A stretch of DNA of 64,000 nt, taken from Candidatus Heimdallarchaeota archaeon. Lineage in GTDB: Archaea > Asgardarchaeota > Heimdallarchaeia > JABLTI01. Positions 52,995 to 62,435 of this stretch are shown here, piece after piece. Both the position numbers and the translations under genes were made by a program. Positions within the stretch are counted from its first letter, which is position 1. Every line of letters starts with the position of its first letter. The notes under the pieces were generated by a model. That model was not told the DNA's origin and searched no databases. It worked only from the letters and a program-made list of their open reading frames with translations. Location of the stretch: contig JAHLVW010000053.1 in assembly GCA_019058275.1 (NCBI GenBank), positions 33,361-97,360 on the forward strand. Reading direction: 5' to 3'.

Positions 52995-53789
52995 CTAAAA
53001 TTTCCTTTTTCTATCTTTAAGTACAGGTATGTATTCTCTTGTTTCAGCTAATTTTTCTGCTCTTAGTATTGCTGTTAAGACCTGTTCCTTTTTGGCAGCT
53101 TTAGCAATTACCTCACCCATAGGATCTATTATCCTTGATGAACCAGGGTAAATTGTCTTAATAATATCCTCTTCTTCACCTGTGCGAGTCAATGCAATAT
53201 GAAAACAAGTGTTTTCTAATGCTCTTGCTGATGCTAGAAGATTGAAATGCTCAATTCTAACTCCTGGCCATGCAGAGGTTGTAATCAGAACTTCTGCACC
53301 ATTTACAACTAGATTTCTACTTACTTCAGGAAATCTCAAATCATAACAAATTGATAATCCAATTTTAGCTTTGTTCTCAAAATTTATTGGTTTTGGAATT
53401 TCTTGGCCAGCAACAAAGTAATCTTTCTCTATTCCCCACAAATGGATTTTCTTATATTGATAAACTAAGCCTTTTGATGGGCTAATGATAAATCCTAAAT
53501 TGTAATATTTATTTTCATTTTCTACTATCAAATGTGAACCTGCGATTCCAATTGTATATTCTTGACTTAATATTTCTAAGAAATTTATTGTTTTGCTGTC
53601 GAATTTTCTTTCTGCGATTTTAGAAAAGAGACTATAAGTAAAACCTGTTGTAAACAACTCCGGTAGAATCCACAGATCAACGTTGGAAAATTCTTTGCGT
53701 TGAATTTCCTTTTCCACTTTTTTCAAATTTTTCTCTTTCTCACCTGAGATAATACTCATTTGAAACGCTGCTACACTCAAATCCTTCAT
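52995..53789 (-). CDS. Carbon-nitrogen hydrolase (nitrilase/omega-amidase family)
   Basis: LPELF, YKKIHL, ICYDLRFPE (Glu-Lys-Cys triad). Confidence 0.92.
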   Translation of the reverse strand: MKDLSVAAFQMSIISGEKEKNLKKVEKEIQRKEFSNVDLWILPELFTTGFTYSLFSKIAERKFDSKTINFLEILSQEYTIGIAGSHLIVENENKYYNLGFIISPSKGLVYQYKKIHLWGIEKDYFVAGQEIPKPINFENKAKIGLSICYDLRFPEVSRNLVVNGAEVLITTSAWPGVRIEHFNLLASARALENTCFHIALTRTGEEEDIIKTIYPGSSRIIDPMGEVIAKAAKKEQVLTAILRAEKLAETREYIPVLKDRKRKF

Positions 53790-53967
53790 AATAGTCAGTC
53801 TAGTAACATTGATTAATTAATTTTCGTAAGAAATTTGCTTTGTTTTGCGAGATAATTTCTACATATTTATTAAATTGAAAGCAAGTTGGATTAAGCAATA
53901 GTCGAGTAAATCAGACTAATAATAATTACTTAAAGAGATACTTTTTTCATAACTAATGTTGAATTAA

Positions 53968-54576
53968 ATGACTTTACACTTAAGGGATACTCCTATTCTT
54001 AATTTTCTTAATGAGTGCAATAAAACTTCATTGGAAAAAAAGATCTTGGATTGTGGAGCTGGAGGTAGGAATCCACCACTAGCAATTTTTTATAGAGATG
54101 GTTACGAAACACATGGAATAGAGATTTTGGATAGTCAAATAGGGAAAGCAGAAAAATATGCTAAGGAACATGACATGGATTTTAACATTATCAAAGGTGA
54201 TATGCGAAAATTACCTTATGAAAATGAATCCTTTGGCTTTGTTTTCAGTCATCACACAATATTTCATTTGCCAAAAGCTGAAATTGCTTTAACTTTGAAA
54301 GAAATGGAGCGAGTGCTTAAACCAGGTGGTCTTATCTATGTTAATCTTCAATCACATGAATGCATTGGTTATGGAGAAGGTGAAGAAGTAAGAGAGGGAG
54401 AATTCATTGCCGAGGAACACGGTGAGATGGTCCTACATTCCTATTATGATGACGATGAAGCTGATGTTTATTTTGAGAATTATGACATCATAATGAAAAG
54501 AAAATTCAATTTGCTAATAGCAGCAAATTGGTGTAATAATATGGCAATGATCGAATATATAGCAAAGAAAAAATGA
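53968..54576 (+). CDS. Class I SAM-dependent methyltransferase
   Basis: ILDCGAGG, GDMRKLP, RVLKPGG. Confidence 0.9.
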   Translation: MTLHLRDTPILNFLNECNKTSLEKKILDCGAGGRNPPLAIFYRDGYETHGIEILDSQIGKAEKYAKEHDMDFNIIKGDMRKLPYENESFGFVFSHHTIFHLPKAEIALTLKEMERVLKPGGLIYVNLQSHECIGYGEGEEVREGEFIAEEHGEMVLHSYYDDDEADVYFENYDIIMKRKFNLLIAANWCNNMAMIEYIAKKK

Positions 54577-54586
54577 AAAGATTGAA

Positions 54587-55384
54587 CTAGAGCATTAAAT
54601 CTAACCCTACTGGACAATGATCTGATCCCATAACCTCAGGAAGTATATATGCTTTAGTTACTTTCTCGATTAAATCTGAGGAGACAAAGAAGTAATCTAA
54701 TCTCCATCCAACATTTCTTTCCCTAGCACCAATGTTTCTCACTGACCACCACGTATATTTCTCTGATTCATTTGGAAAGAAATGACGAAATGAATCAATA
54801 TATCCTAACCCTATTATCTTGTCAATCCATGCACGCTCAATAGGTAAGAATCCTGAGATTGTTTCATTTGCTTTTGGATGTGTTAGATCCATAGGTTTGT
54901 GAGCAGTATTTACGTCACCACAGAAAATAACTGATTTCCCCTTCTTCCTATAATTCTCCATTACTTCCAGGAATTTGTCATAATAATCTAGTTTGTATTG
55001 TAATCTCTCTGCATTTTTCTTACCATTTGGGAAATAGGCGTTCGCTAAAACAAAATCTGAATATTCTAAAATTACATATCTACCTTCGTTGTCTAGTTTT
55101 TTTGAACCAAGTTCTGTAGCTACATTTAATGGTTCTTCCTTTGCAAAAGTAACTACACCACTGTAACCTTTTCTTTCTGCTGCACTCCAGTAACCTTTGT
55201 AACCTGGTGGATTAAGCAATTTATCAGTTACTTGTTCAGGGTGAGCTTTTGTTTCTTGAAGACAAAGAAAATCAGGAGATGCAGTCTCAAGCCATTCAAA
55301 GAAATCTTGTTCGTCAACAAGTTTTTTCTTAACTAAAGCCCTAACCCCATTAACATTCCATGAAAATAATGTTTTTTCCTTCAT
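54587..55384 (-). CDS. xth: Exodeoxyribonuclease III / AP endonuclease
   Basis: SWNVNG, LQETK, YFPNG, GDVNTAH, WRLDYF, SDHCP. Confidence 0.95.
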   Translation of the reverse strand: MKEKTLFSWNVNGVRALVKKKLVDEQDFFEWLETASPDFLCLQETKAHPEQVTDKLLNPPGYKGYWSAAERKGYSGVVTFAKEEPLNVATELGSKKLDNEGRYVILEYSDFVLANAYFPNGKKNAERLQYKLDYYDKFLEVMENYRKKGKSVIFCGDVNTAHKPMDLTHPKANETISGFLPIERAWIDKIIGLGYIDSFRHFFPNESEKYTWWSVRNIGARERNVGWRLDYFFVSSDLIEKVTKAYILPEVMGSDHCPVGLDLML

Positions 55385-55553
55385 ACAATTAAGATGAAAT
55401 TCTTATTTTTTGAAAGTATCCCTTATTTTTGATAATATAACTTCTGATTGCTATCTATACAAAGACTTTTAAAAAAGTTCGGTTGACCTAACTTTGAAGG
55501 TTATTAGAATAAATATTAATATCCAGAAGAAAGAGTGAATTAGTTGAAAACCA

Positions 55554-57572
55554 ATGGCTAGAATAGCTTTACTTGGAAATCCAAATGTAGGAAAAAGTGT
55601 CATTTTTAATGCTTTGACTGGTTTAAACCAGACAATAGCGAATTTTCCAGGATGTACTGTTGAGAAAAAAACAGGCGGGATGACACATGAGGACAGATCT
55701 ATTGAAGTCATTGATTTACCAGGAATATACTCACTATCTCCTCATTCTATTGATGAAGAAATCTCGAGAGAATACATAATTGAGGAAAGTCCTGATTTAG
55801 TAGTTGGTGTTTTAGATGCATCTAATCTAGAGAGAAATCTCTATTTAACAATCCAACTTATGGAGCTTGGTTTAAATCTCATTCTTGTTTTAAATATGGT
55901 TGATTTGGCAGAAGGAAAAGGTATTATAATTGATACAAATCGACTTTCACAATCATTAGGAGCTCCAATTATAGAGACAGTTGCCTCAAAAGACAAAGGT
56001 ATTGATGAGCTGAAAAGCGCAATTTGTCATTTCTTGGACAATCCAGTTGGACCTAGACCTATCAAATGGACTGGGGAAATTGCAGAAAGTATAGCACTGA
56101 TTCTCGAGGAAATTGCTCCTTATTCATCAAGAATAGAGAGGAAGTATCCAATTAATTGGTTGGCTATTTCCTTATTAGAAGAAGATGCATATGTTTGGAA
56201 TATCTTACGAGATATAGGCGTCCCTCACGAGGAGCTTGAAGATAAAATCAAGAAGATTGTTGAAGAAAAGTTTGATGGGAATACAACAGTTCCAATTGTT
56301 GATGCTCGCTATGATATCGTTAAAGAATTTATGAAGAATGTTCAAACCGATTATCGAGGGAAGAAATGGGCTCTTACTGACATGCTTGATGAAGTCTTAA
56401 CAAATAGATTTCTTGGCATACCCATTTTTCTAGGTATCATGTGGGGAGTATTTCAATTGACTTTTACAGTTGGTCAACCTTTAGTTGACTTAATTGGATT
56501 ATTGTTTGCTAAACTAGGGGATTTGGTTTATATAATCTCAAATGCGCTAGATGGATCTGGCAATGGCATTAATCCGATATCCGATTTTATTGTAGGAGCT
56601 TTAATTGATGGTGTAGGAGCTGTTATTGCTTTTCTACCATATTTAGTAATTCTGTTCATAGCTATTGCCATACTTGAAGATACAGGTTATCTCTCTAGAG
56701 TTGCTTTTATAATGGATAAATTCATGAGTCGTATAGGATTGCATGGACATTCAATGATCCCAATATTATTAGGATTTGGTTGCAATGTTCCAGCTATTAT
56801 GGCTACGCGTTCAATCAAGAATGAACAAGATAGAAAAACTACGATATTAATAAATAGCTTTATGTCGTGTTCAGCACGATTACCGGTTTATGTTTTAATA
56901 GCTGGTGTTATTTTTCAAACGTATGCTGGTCTTGTCACTCTGAGTTTATATGTTCTTGGAATTGTGATTGGTATTTCTTTTGCTTGGATTTTCCGTAAAA
57001 CGCTATTCCGTGGAGAAACAACACCATTGATTATTGAAATTCAACCATTTACTGCTCCAACACCAAAAGGTGTTTTTATCAAAATGTGGCATCAAACCAA
57101 AGAGTTCTTCAAAAAAGCAACAACTTTGATACTTGCATCAGTTGTAATCATCTACTTATTAAATGAATCAGGAATTTTGGAGTATTTTGGTCGCGGAGTT
57201 GCATACCTATTTTGGTGGATGAAAACAAGCGATGGAACAGCTATAGGTTGGGAATATGGTGCTGCTTTAATCTCAGGTCTAGTTGCTAAGGAGGTTATTA
57301 TAGGAACACTTGGAACATTACTGGGTTTTGAGTCCATAAATCCTATGAGTCCCTCATTGCAAGGTACTGTAGGTGCTTTAGGTCCAGCTGCAGGTTTTGG
57401 ATTATTAGTATTTATCCTACTTTATGTTCCTTGTATAGCGGTATTAGCAGTAATTAAAAAGGAAACAAGGAGTATTTGGTGGATGTTATTTTCATTTGCA
57501 TTCACTACAATTGTTGCGTATGCATTTTCAGCAGCAGCATATTTCCTTGTTAAGGTAATTGTAGGTATCTAA
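55554..57572 (+). CDS. feoB: Ferrous iron transporter FeoB
   Basis: [42 protein letters not shown]. Confidence 0.96.
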   Translation: MARIALLGNPNVGKSVIFNALTGLNQTIANFPGCTVEKKTGGMTHEDRSIEVIDLPGIYSLSPHSIDEEISREYIIEESPDLVVGVLDASNLERNLYLTIQLMELGLNLILVLNMVDLAEGKGIIIDTNRLSQSLGAPIIETVASKDKGIDELKSAICHFLDNPVGPRPIKWTGEIAESIALILEEIAPYSSRIERKYPINWLAISLLEEDAYVWNILRDIGVPHEELEDKIKKIVEEKFDGNTTVPIVDARYDIVKEFMKNVQTDYRGKKWALTDMLDEVLTNRFLGIPIFLGIMWGVFQLTFTVGQPLVDLIGLLFAKLGDLVYIISNALDGSGNGINPISDFIVGALIDGVGAVIAFLPYLVILFIAIAILEDTGYLSRVAFIMDKFMSRIGLHGHSMIPILLGFGCNVPAIMATRSIKNEQDRKTTILINSFMSCSARLPVYVLIAGVIFQTYAGLVTLSLYVLGIVIGISFAWIFRKTLFRGETTPLIIEIQPFTAPTPKGVFIKMWHQTKEFFKKATTLILASVVIIYLLNESGILEYFGRGVAYLFWWMKTSDGTAIGWEYGAALISGLVAKEVIIGTLGTLLGFESINPMSPSLQGTVGALGPAAGFGLLVFILLYVPCIAVLAVIKKETRSIWWMLFSFAFTTIVAYAFSAAAYFLVKVIVGI

Positions 57573-57576
57573 GAAG

Positions 57577-58443
57577 GTGGAAACTAAAATGAGAAAAAAG
57601 AAAAAAGAAAGGAAACTTGCATTAAACTCAAAAACTGATGAGGAAAATTCCACCAAAGAAGAAAAGAAAATTATCTCTACTGAGGAAATTGAATTACATC
57701 CTGAATTAACAAGAGCAGCAGATATTGAAGAGAAACCAAAACGCAAGAGGCGTTATCATGTTACAAAAGAAATTATAGATCATTTCAATAAACCTTATTA
57801 TTCTAATATTATTTTAGGAGCTGCGATTTTACTTGGTTTGGCAAATATTTGTTTTGGTTTATTAGGGGTTTTAGCGATTTTTGGTTTGAGTGATGAGAAC
57901 TCATGGAAAATCTTTCAAAATACTGCAATATTTGGTTGGGAGCAACTTAAAGTTACAGGTTTTGTTCTTATCATAATTGGAATTGTGATGTTTTGGTCTG
58001 TTCCTCTTTATCTTATGGATAAATCCCAAAGAGCAGATTCATATTTGGTGATTGCATCAGGTATAGGTATTTTGTTTGGATTCATCTATATTTTAATTGT
58101 AATTGGAGATATACTAACAGCAGTTGTTTCGATGGCAACAATGAATGAACCTTTTGCAATACAAACTCATTTCTATTTACCAATTATGCTAGGATTTATT
58201 GCTGTACCTCTTTTCAGAGTTTTAGCAATTAGACATATGGTTGAGCTTCCAGAAAGAGATGATGAAGATGATTTTGCAGATGAAGCAGAAATAAAGTGGG
58301 GGTATTGGAGGAAACATCAATGGAATGGAAAACCTGGGTTCAAATACCACCATAGACACCAAAGAAAGAAAATACGAAAAGAGCAAAGAGAAAAAGCTAT
58401 TAAAAGAAAATGGGAACGATGGAATGAAGAAATGGACAAATGA
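57577..58443 (+). CDS. Hypothetical four-TM membrane protein in the feo operon
   Basis: 4 hydrophobic helices; acidic then His/basic C-terminal tail; 4 bp after feoB. Confidence 0.75.
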   Translation: METKMRKKKKERKLALNSKTDEENSTKEEKKIISTEEIELHPELTRAADIEEKPKRKRRYHVTKEIIDHFNKPYYSNIILGAAILLGLANICFGLLGVLAIFGLSDENSWKIFQNTAIFGWEQLKVTGFVLIIIGIVMFWSVPLYLMDKSQRADSYLVIASGIGILFGFIYILIVIGDILTAVVSMATMNEPFAIQTHFYLPIMLGFIAVPLFRVLAIRHMVELPERDDEDDFADEAEIKWGYWRKHQWNGKPGFKYHHRHQRKKIRKEQREKAIKRKWERWNEEMDK

Positions 58444-58469
58444 AAAGTATATGAAGGAAGATATCTAAA

Positions 58470-58727
58470 ATGCTCTCAAAATTATTGGCATATCTCCGTG
58501 CAGGTGGAGATGCAAATATTTCAACAATATCACGTAAATTGGAAATAGAAGAGGGAACTATAGTAATGCTTCTTGATCAATTGGTAAAAATAGGTTACCT
58601 AGAAATTATTGACCCTTTACAAGAGGATCTTGATAATTGCCCACCAGCCAAATGTTCTAGTTGTTCAAAAATAACTAATTGTTCTTTATTATTGATTGCG
58701 AAATATCGATTAGTCGAAAAAAACTAG
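58470..58727 (+). CDS. FeoC-like winged-helix protein with Cys cluster
   Basis: ISRKLEIEEGTIVMLLDQLVKIGY plus CxxxxCxxCxxxxxC; feoB context. Confidence 0.75.
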   Translation: MLSKLLAYLRAGGDANISTISRKLEIEEGTIVMLLDQLVKIGYLEIIDPLQEDLDNCPPAKCSSCSKITNCSLLLIAKYRLVEKN

Positions 58728-59731
58728 AAATTCTTAATGATATCTGGAAAGTTAAAAGGTAGCATGTTTTTTTCATACAATGGTTTCAAGACCTGTTTAG
58801 GAAATTTTGGACTAACAGTTAACAACGGATAATCATTATTTGGAAACTCATTTTTTATTGTTTCAAACTCAGAAGTTGTTAATGCTCTACCAGTAAACCT
58901 CAGCAGTGTTCTTACAAAACCTCTTTCAATTTTGTTACTTAGTTCTCCAATATCGAGTTCTTGTTGTAGGAGGTTAATTTCCATTACATCCATTTTAGTG
59001 GAATTCAATTTATTAAATTTAACTGACAATGAATTGCTATCAATATCCATAAGCAGAAAACCTTTTGGTTCAATAACCTCTACAAAACTCGTTCTTTCTG
59101 TGGAACCAGGATAAACTACAAAACCGTTCATTAAAGCTTGTGCCCTGTGAATATGACCAGTAACAATTAGCTTAACATTTTGGGGAAAAAGCAAAGGATC
59201 AATTGCTCCATGAGTAATACTAAATCGAAATTTGTGTGGACCAAATTCTGACCCATCAAAAAGCTGGTGACATAAAATAAGACAGGATTTTTGATCAAGC
59301 TGTTTAACCAAATTGGACAATTTCGTCTGAGTTGCTCCACCCAGATTTGGTTCAAAAGGGAATCCCACTATTGTGCACACATCAAAATCAACTGAAGTCA
59401 TTGCAAAGAAAAAATGGCTTTTTGGATGATAGCGCAATAATGTAGCAGGCAATTTTGATCGCTCATGATTTCCAGGAGCAACAAGGAAACCAATGTCTGC
59501 TTCCAGTAGATCTTGAATTATCTCATAAGTTCTCTTTACAACTTTTTTGCGTGGTTTACTTCTATTGAAAATATCTCCACCATGTAATAGATAATCAACA
59601 TTTTTTTCTTTAGCTATTTGCGAAATTTCTTCAAATGCATTAAACATTCTTTCATAGATATATTTTCTAGCTGCAGAGGTTTTTCCAGCTTCAAATCCCA
59701 AATGAGTGTCAGCTATTGCAATAAATCGCAT
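58724..59731 (-). CDS. Mre11/SbcD-like metallophosphoesterase nuclease
   Basis: ADTHLG, GGDIF, PGNHE, GHIH, YPGSTER. Confidence 0.88.
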   Translation of the reverse strand: MRFIAIADTHLGFEAGKTSAARKYIYERMFNAFEEISQIAKEKNVDYLLHGGDIFNRSKPRKKVVKRTYEIIQDLLEADIGFLVAPGNHERSKLPATLLRYHPKSHFFFAMTSVDFDVCTIVGFPFEPNLGGATQTKLSNLVKQLDQKSCLILCHQLFDGSEFGPHKFRFSITHGAIDPLLFPQNVKLIVTGHIHRAQALMNGFVVYPGSTERTSFVEVIEPKGFLLMDIDSNSLSVKFNKLNSTKMDVMEINLLQQELDIGELSNKIERGFVRTLLRFTGRALTTSEFETIKNEFPNNDYPLLTVSPKFPKQVLKPLYEKNMLPFNFPDIIKNF

Positions 59732-59810
59732 ATCCTTTCTACCTTGTTTTTCTCATTAAAACCTTTCTTTGTTATTTTTCCCTAGCAATGAATAGCTTTA
59801 TGTATGTAGT

Positions 59811-59831
59811 ATACTATATGTAATATAGTAT
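59811..59831. promoter_or_regulatory. Inverted repeat, probable PadR autoregulatory operator
   Basis: ATACTATAT-gta-ATATAGTAT, perfect 9-bp arms just downstream of TATA-like TTTATGTA. Confidence 0.55.
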
Positions 59832-59885
59832 TATTCAAATAGTGTATGAAGAATACTAAAAAAACTAATATTAAGGTGATAGCGA

Positions 59886-60407
59886 TTGTTAAAAAAGATA
59901 AAAACATTCCATCCGGAAGCACTCATAGGTGATGACCACTTTAGAACATATGTGGAAAGCTTCGAATCTGAATTGCTTCGAGGGATTTCTACTGTTGCTG
60001 TACTACAGATCATTAAACGCTATCCAGACGAAGGTATCTATGGCTATCAATTACTAAAAGAATTAGAAGAAGAAGCACAAAACGTACTAATCGTTGAAGA
60101 AGGTACGGTTTATCCACTGCTACGAAAAATGGAAAAAGACGGTGTCTTAAAATCACTAAAAAGAGAATTAGGTGGTCGTCCAAGAAAGTACTACATTCTC
60201 ACAGAAGAAGGAATAAAATTATTAAACCATATGTCAGGTTTTTTTGCTAAGTTATTGGAAGCAATCTCCCCATTAATGGACTTCCAAATTTCGTTGCCTG
60301 AAGATATGTTTATGTATTGTCCTAATTGTGCTAATAAGATCAAATTAGATGATTTCTCTAAATTCTGTGAAGTTTGTGGGTTGTATATTGAAGAAATTAA
60401 GAATTAG
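59886..60407 (+). CDS. PadR-family regulator with C-terminal zinc ribbon
   Basis: YGYQL, EGTVYPLLRKME, RPRKYY; CPNC..CEVCG; AGGTGA RBS. Confidence 0.92.
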   Translation: MLKKIKTFHPEALIGDDHFRTYVESFESELLRGISTVAVLQIIKRYPDEGIYGYQLLKELEEEAQNVLIVEEGTVYPLLRKMEKDGVLKSLKRELGGRPRKYYILTEEGIKLLNHMSGFFAKLLEAISPLMDFQISLPEDMFMYCPNCANKIKLDDFSKFCEVCGLYIEEIKN

Positions 60408-60419
60408 AGGCTGTGAGCA

Positions 60420-61691
60420 ATGAACGAAGAAAATAATCAAAATAAAAATCAAGAATTAATCAATAATTTCCTAGCTGAAGTAGAAAGGAAATTACCCTTT
60501 TGGTTAAAAGATCAAAAAGAGGATATTGAGGAAATCTTAGAAGAACTTGAGACTCACATCTGGGATAAAGCGACTGTATTAGCTGAAGAATTGGAACCCT
60601 CTGAACATCACATTAGACAAGCTATTGATCAAATGGGATCCCCAAGTAAAATAGCTAGTGAATATAAAAGAAGAGGGAAGCCTAAATATTACATCACAGA
60701 AGAATTGTTCCCATTATATACTCGAGTAATGATAATTACTGCAGCAGTATCAATAGGAATTAATTTACTAATATTCGTATTCAGTTTTGCATCAAGCAAA
60801 TCTGTAGGTGATATATTTGGCTCATTCTTTTCAGGAGTATTCACAAGTATTGCTATTGCAATAATTCTAGTATCAGCGATATTCGTTTTTCTATCTTATG
60901 AAGGATATCTTCCAGATGATTTGGGAAGATTTGCACAACGTTTCCCAAGAATCAATGTATTACCAATAATTAGATTTGATAAATCTAAAGATGTAACAAC
61001 TACTCAAGCAGATCCTTTAACTGTTGAAACAGAAGTTCCTATTTCAAATACAGCGACATCTACAGCTGTTCCTTCAAGGAAAGTTTCAGTTGTTGAACCA
61101 AGAGCAGTTAAGGAAACAATAATTATTAAAGAGCCAAGAGTTATTCAAGAAGTTCAACCAAGAAAGAGAGTCAAAAGAGTTAGCTATGTTTCAGGTAGAA
61201 ATTATTTATCTGAAGGCATAACTGGCATGGTATTTGGAACTGTTTTTGTCGTACTTCCATTTTTACCAATACTCGACTTTATACAAGAACCATTTAGAAT
61301 CTGGATTACAATATTTGGTGCATTAATGCTATTAGGAGGAGTAATAAAATTCCTTCAAGCAATGGTAGGCAGATTACTCAGACTACAACAGCTCTTAATG
61401 TTCCTAGGATTAATACCAACTGCTGCAAACATTCCACTGTTCCTAACAATTATCGGTAAAGCTCAAATCTTTACTACAACCAATGTTTTGGATGCAGTAT
61501 TAGATTTACTTGATCTAATCATAAGAAAAATCGGTTACACAATGGATACAGGGACAGCAATACTAGCACTAACAATAACAGTTTACATATTGGTAGGACT
61601 CTTGTCAATATCATTATTGACCGTACTAATCAGAATAGTCAAACTTGAAGTGCAAGGTTTTCCTGAAAAAGAAATTACTTACTACGATTAG
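60420..61691 (+). CDS. Membrane protein with N-terminal HAAS signalling domain (PadR partner)
   Basis: EILEELETHI..AIDQMGSPSKIASEY followed by several TM helices. Confidence 0.78.
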   Translation: MNEENNQNKNQELINNFLAEVERKLPFWLKDQKEDIEEILEELETHIWDKATVLAEELEPSEHHIRQAIDQMGSPSKIASEYKRRGKPKYYITEELFPLYTRVMIITAAVSIGINLLIFVFSFASSKSVGDIFGSFFSGVFTSIAIAIILVSAIFVFLSYEGYLPDDLGRFAQRFPRINVLPIIRFDKSKDVTTTQADPLTVETEVPISNTATSTAVPSRKVSVVEPRAVKETIIIKEPRVIQEVQPRKRVKRVSYVSGRNYLSEGITGMVFGTVFVVLPFLPILDFIQEPFRIWITIFGALMLLGGVIKFLQAMVGRLLRLQQLLMFLGLIPTAANIPLFLTIIGKAQIFTTTNVLDAVLDLLDLIIRKIGYTMDTGTAILALTITVYILVGLLSISLLTVLIRIVKLEVQGFPEKEITYYD

Positions 61692-61742
61692 GGTTATTTT
61701 TCACAATCCTTTTCACTATTTTTTTATTAAATTAAAATTAGT

Positions 61743-61763
61743 AAAAATGGGGGAGACCCCCAT
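61743..61763 (-). terminator. Intrinsic-type terminator for minus-strand mini-ORFs
   Basis: Minus strand ATGGGGG-TCT-CCCCCAT hairpin running into a T-tract. Confidence 0.65.
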
Positions 61764-61860
61764 CAACGACCATTCTCATTATCGATGCTATTGTTCTTGG
61801 TGAATAGTTCTATGAATAGTTTATATCAACAATTTTGTGTGTAGTTTATAAATCATAGAT

Positions 61861-61989
61861 CTATTTGTTAATGCTTCTATTGTAAATGTTAATTGCGCTT
61901 TCAATTCTTGCTTTATCTAATTCATTTCTAAATTGTTTTTTATAGATTACTTTTCTGCTTGTCATTATAATCATCTCTTGATTTTCCAT
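61861..61989 (-). CDS. Mini-ORF 3 (42 aa) MENQEMIIMTSRKVIYKKQFRNELDKARIESAINIYNRSINK
   Basis: TAATG stop/start overlap with mini-ORF 2; alternative start at M9 after GAGATGA. Confidence 0.45.
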   Translation of the reverse strand: MENQEMIIMTSRKVIYKKQFRNELDKARIESAINIYNRSINK

Positions 61990-62078
61990 TATGCTTTCAT
62001 TCTTTGAGGAATTTCCATTCCTGGTCTTACTAATACCTTTCCAATTTCGGATTTCATATTTAATTTTCTTTTATTCAT
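61989..62078 (-). CDS. Mini-ORF 2 (29 aa) MNKRKLNMKSEIGKVLVRPGMEIPQRMKA
   Basis: AGGTGA RBS 5 nt upstream, overlapping the stop of mini-ORF 1. Confidence 0.5.
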   Translation of the reverse strand: MNKRKLNMKSEIGKVLVRPGMEIPQRMKA

Positions 62079-62083
62079 ACTAA

Positions 62084-62143
62084 TCACCTTATTATCTCAC
62101 ATTCATCTGATTGTTCGTTAAACTCACAATCCACTTTTTCCAT
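62084..62143 (-). CDS. Mini-ORF 1 (19 aa) MEKVDCEFNEQSDECEIIR
   Basis: Stop codon lies within the RBS of mini-ORF 2; own RBS is weak. Confidence 0.3.
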   Translation of the reverse strand: MEKVDCEFNEQSDECEIIR

Positions 62144-62228
62144 TGTAACTCAAAAAACCGAGTTCAGGTCAACACACTAAACTGCTCAAAAAGAATTTCT
62201 TTATGAGCGAAAAGAAAGTATACAGTCT

Positions 62229-62254
62229 ACTATATAAAGTCATCGTTATATAGT
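62229..62254 (-). promoter_or_regulatory. TATA box within an inverted repeat upstream of the mini-ORFs
   Basis: ACTATATAA-N8-TTATATAGT; minus-strand TTTATATA at 62231-62238. Confidence 0.5.
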
Positions 62255-62435
62255 TGAGAATCAAAATATATAGCAATACTGTTTTGTTTAAGGTGTGTAT
62301 ATAAAACAGAAAATAAACTATATACATAAAACAAATTCACTGGCTTTTTTTATATCACATTTCAAATCATGTTTTAAGAAGAATAAGTATCAGGTCTATT
62401 AGTTACCTAACACATTTATTCTTGTTAAACTTGTT

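Noticed and set aside
61747-61763. Guanidine-II riboswitch-like GGGG..CCCC hairpin
   Set aside because: Single hairpin without an ACGR loop, located at 3' ends and followed by a T-tract, so a terminator fits better
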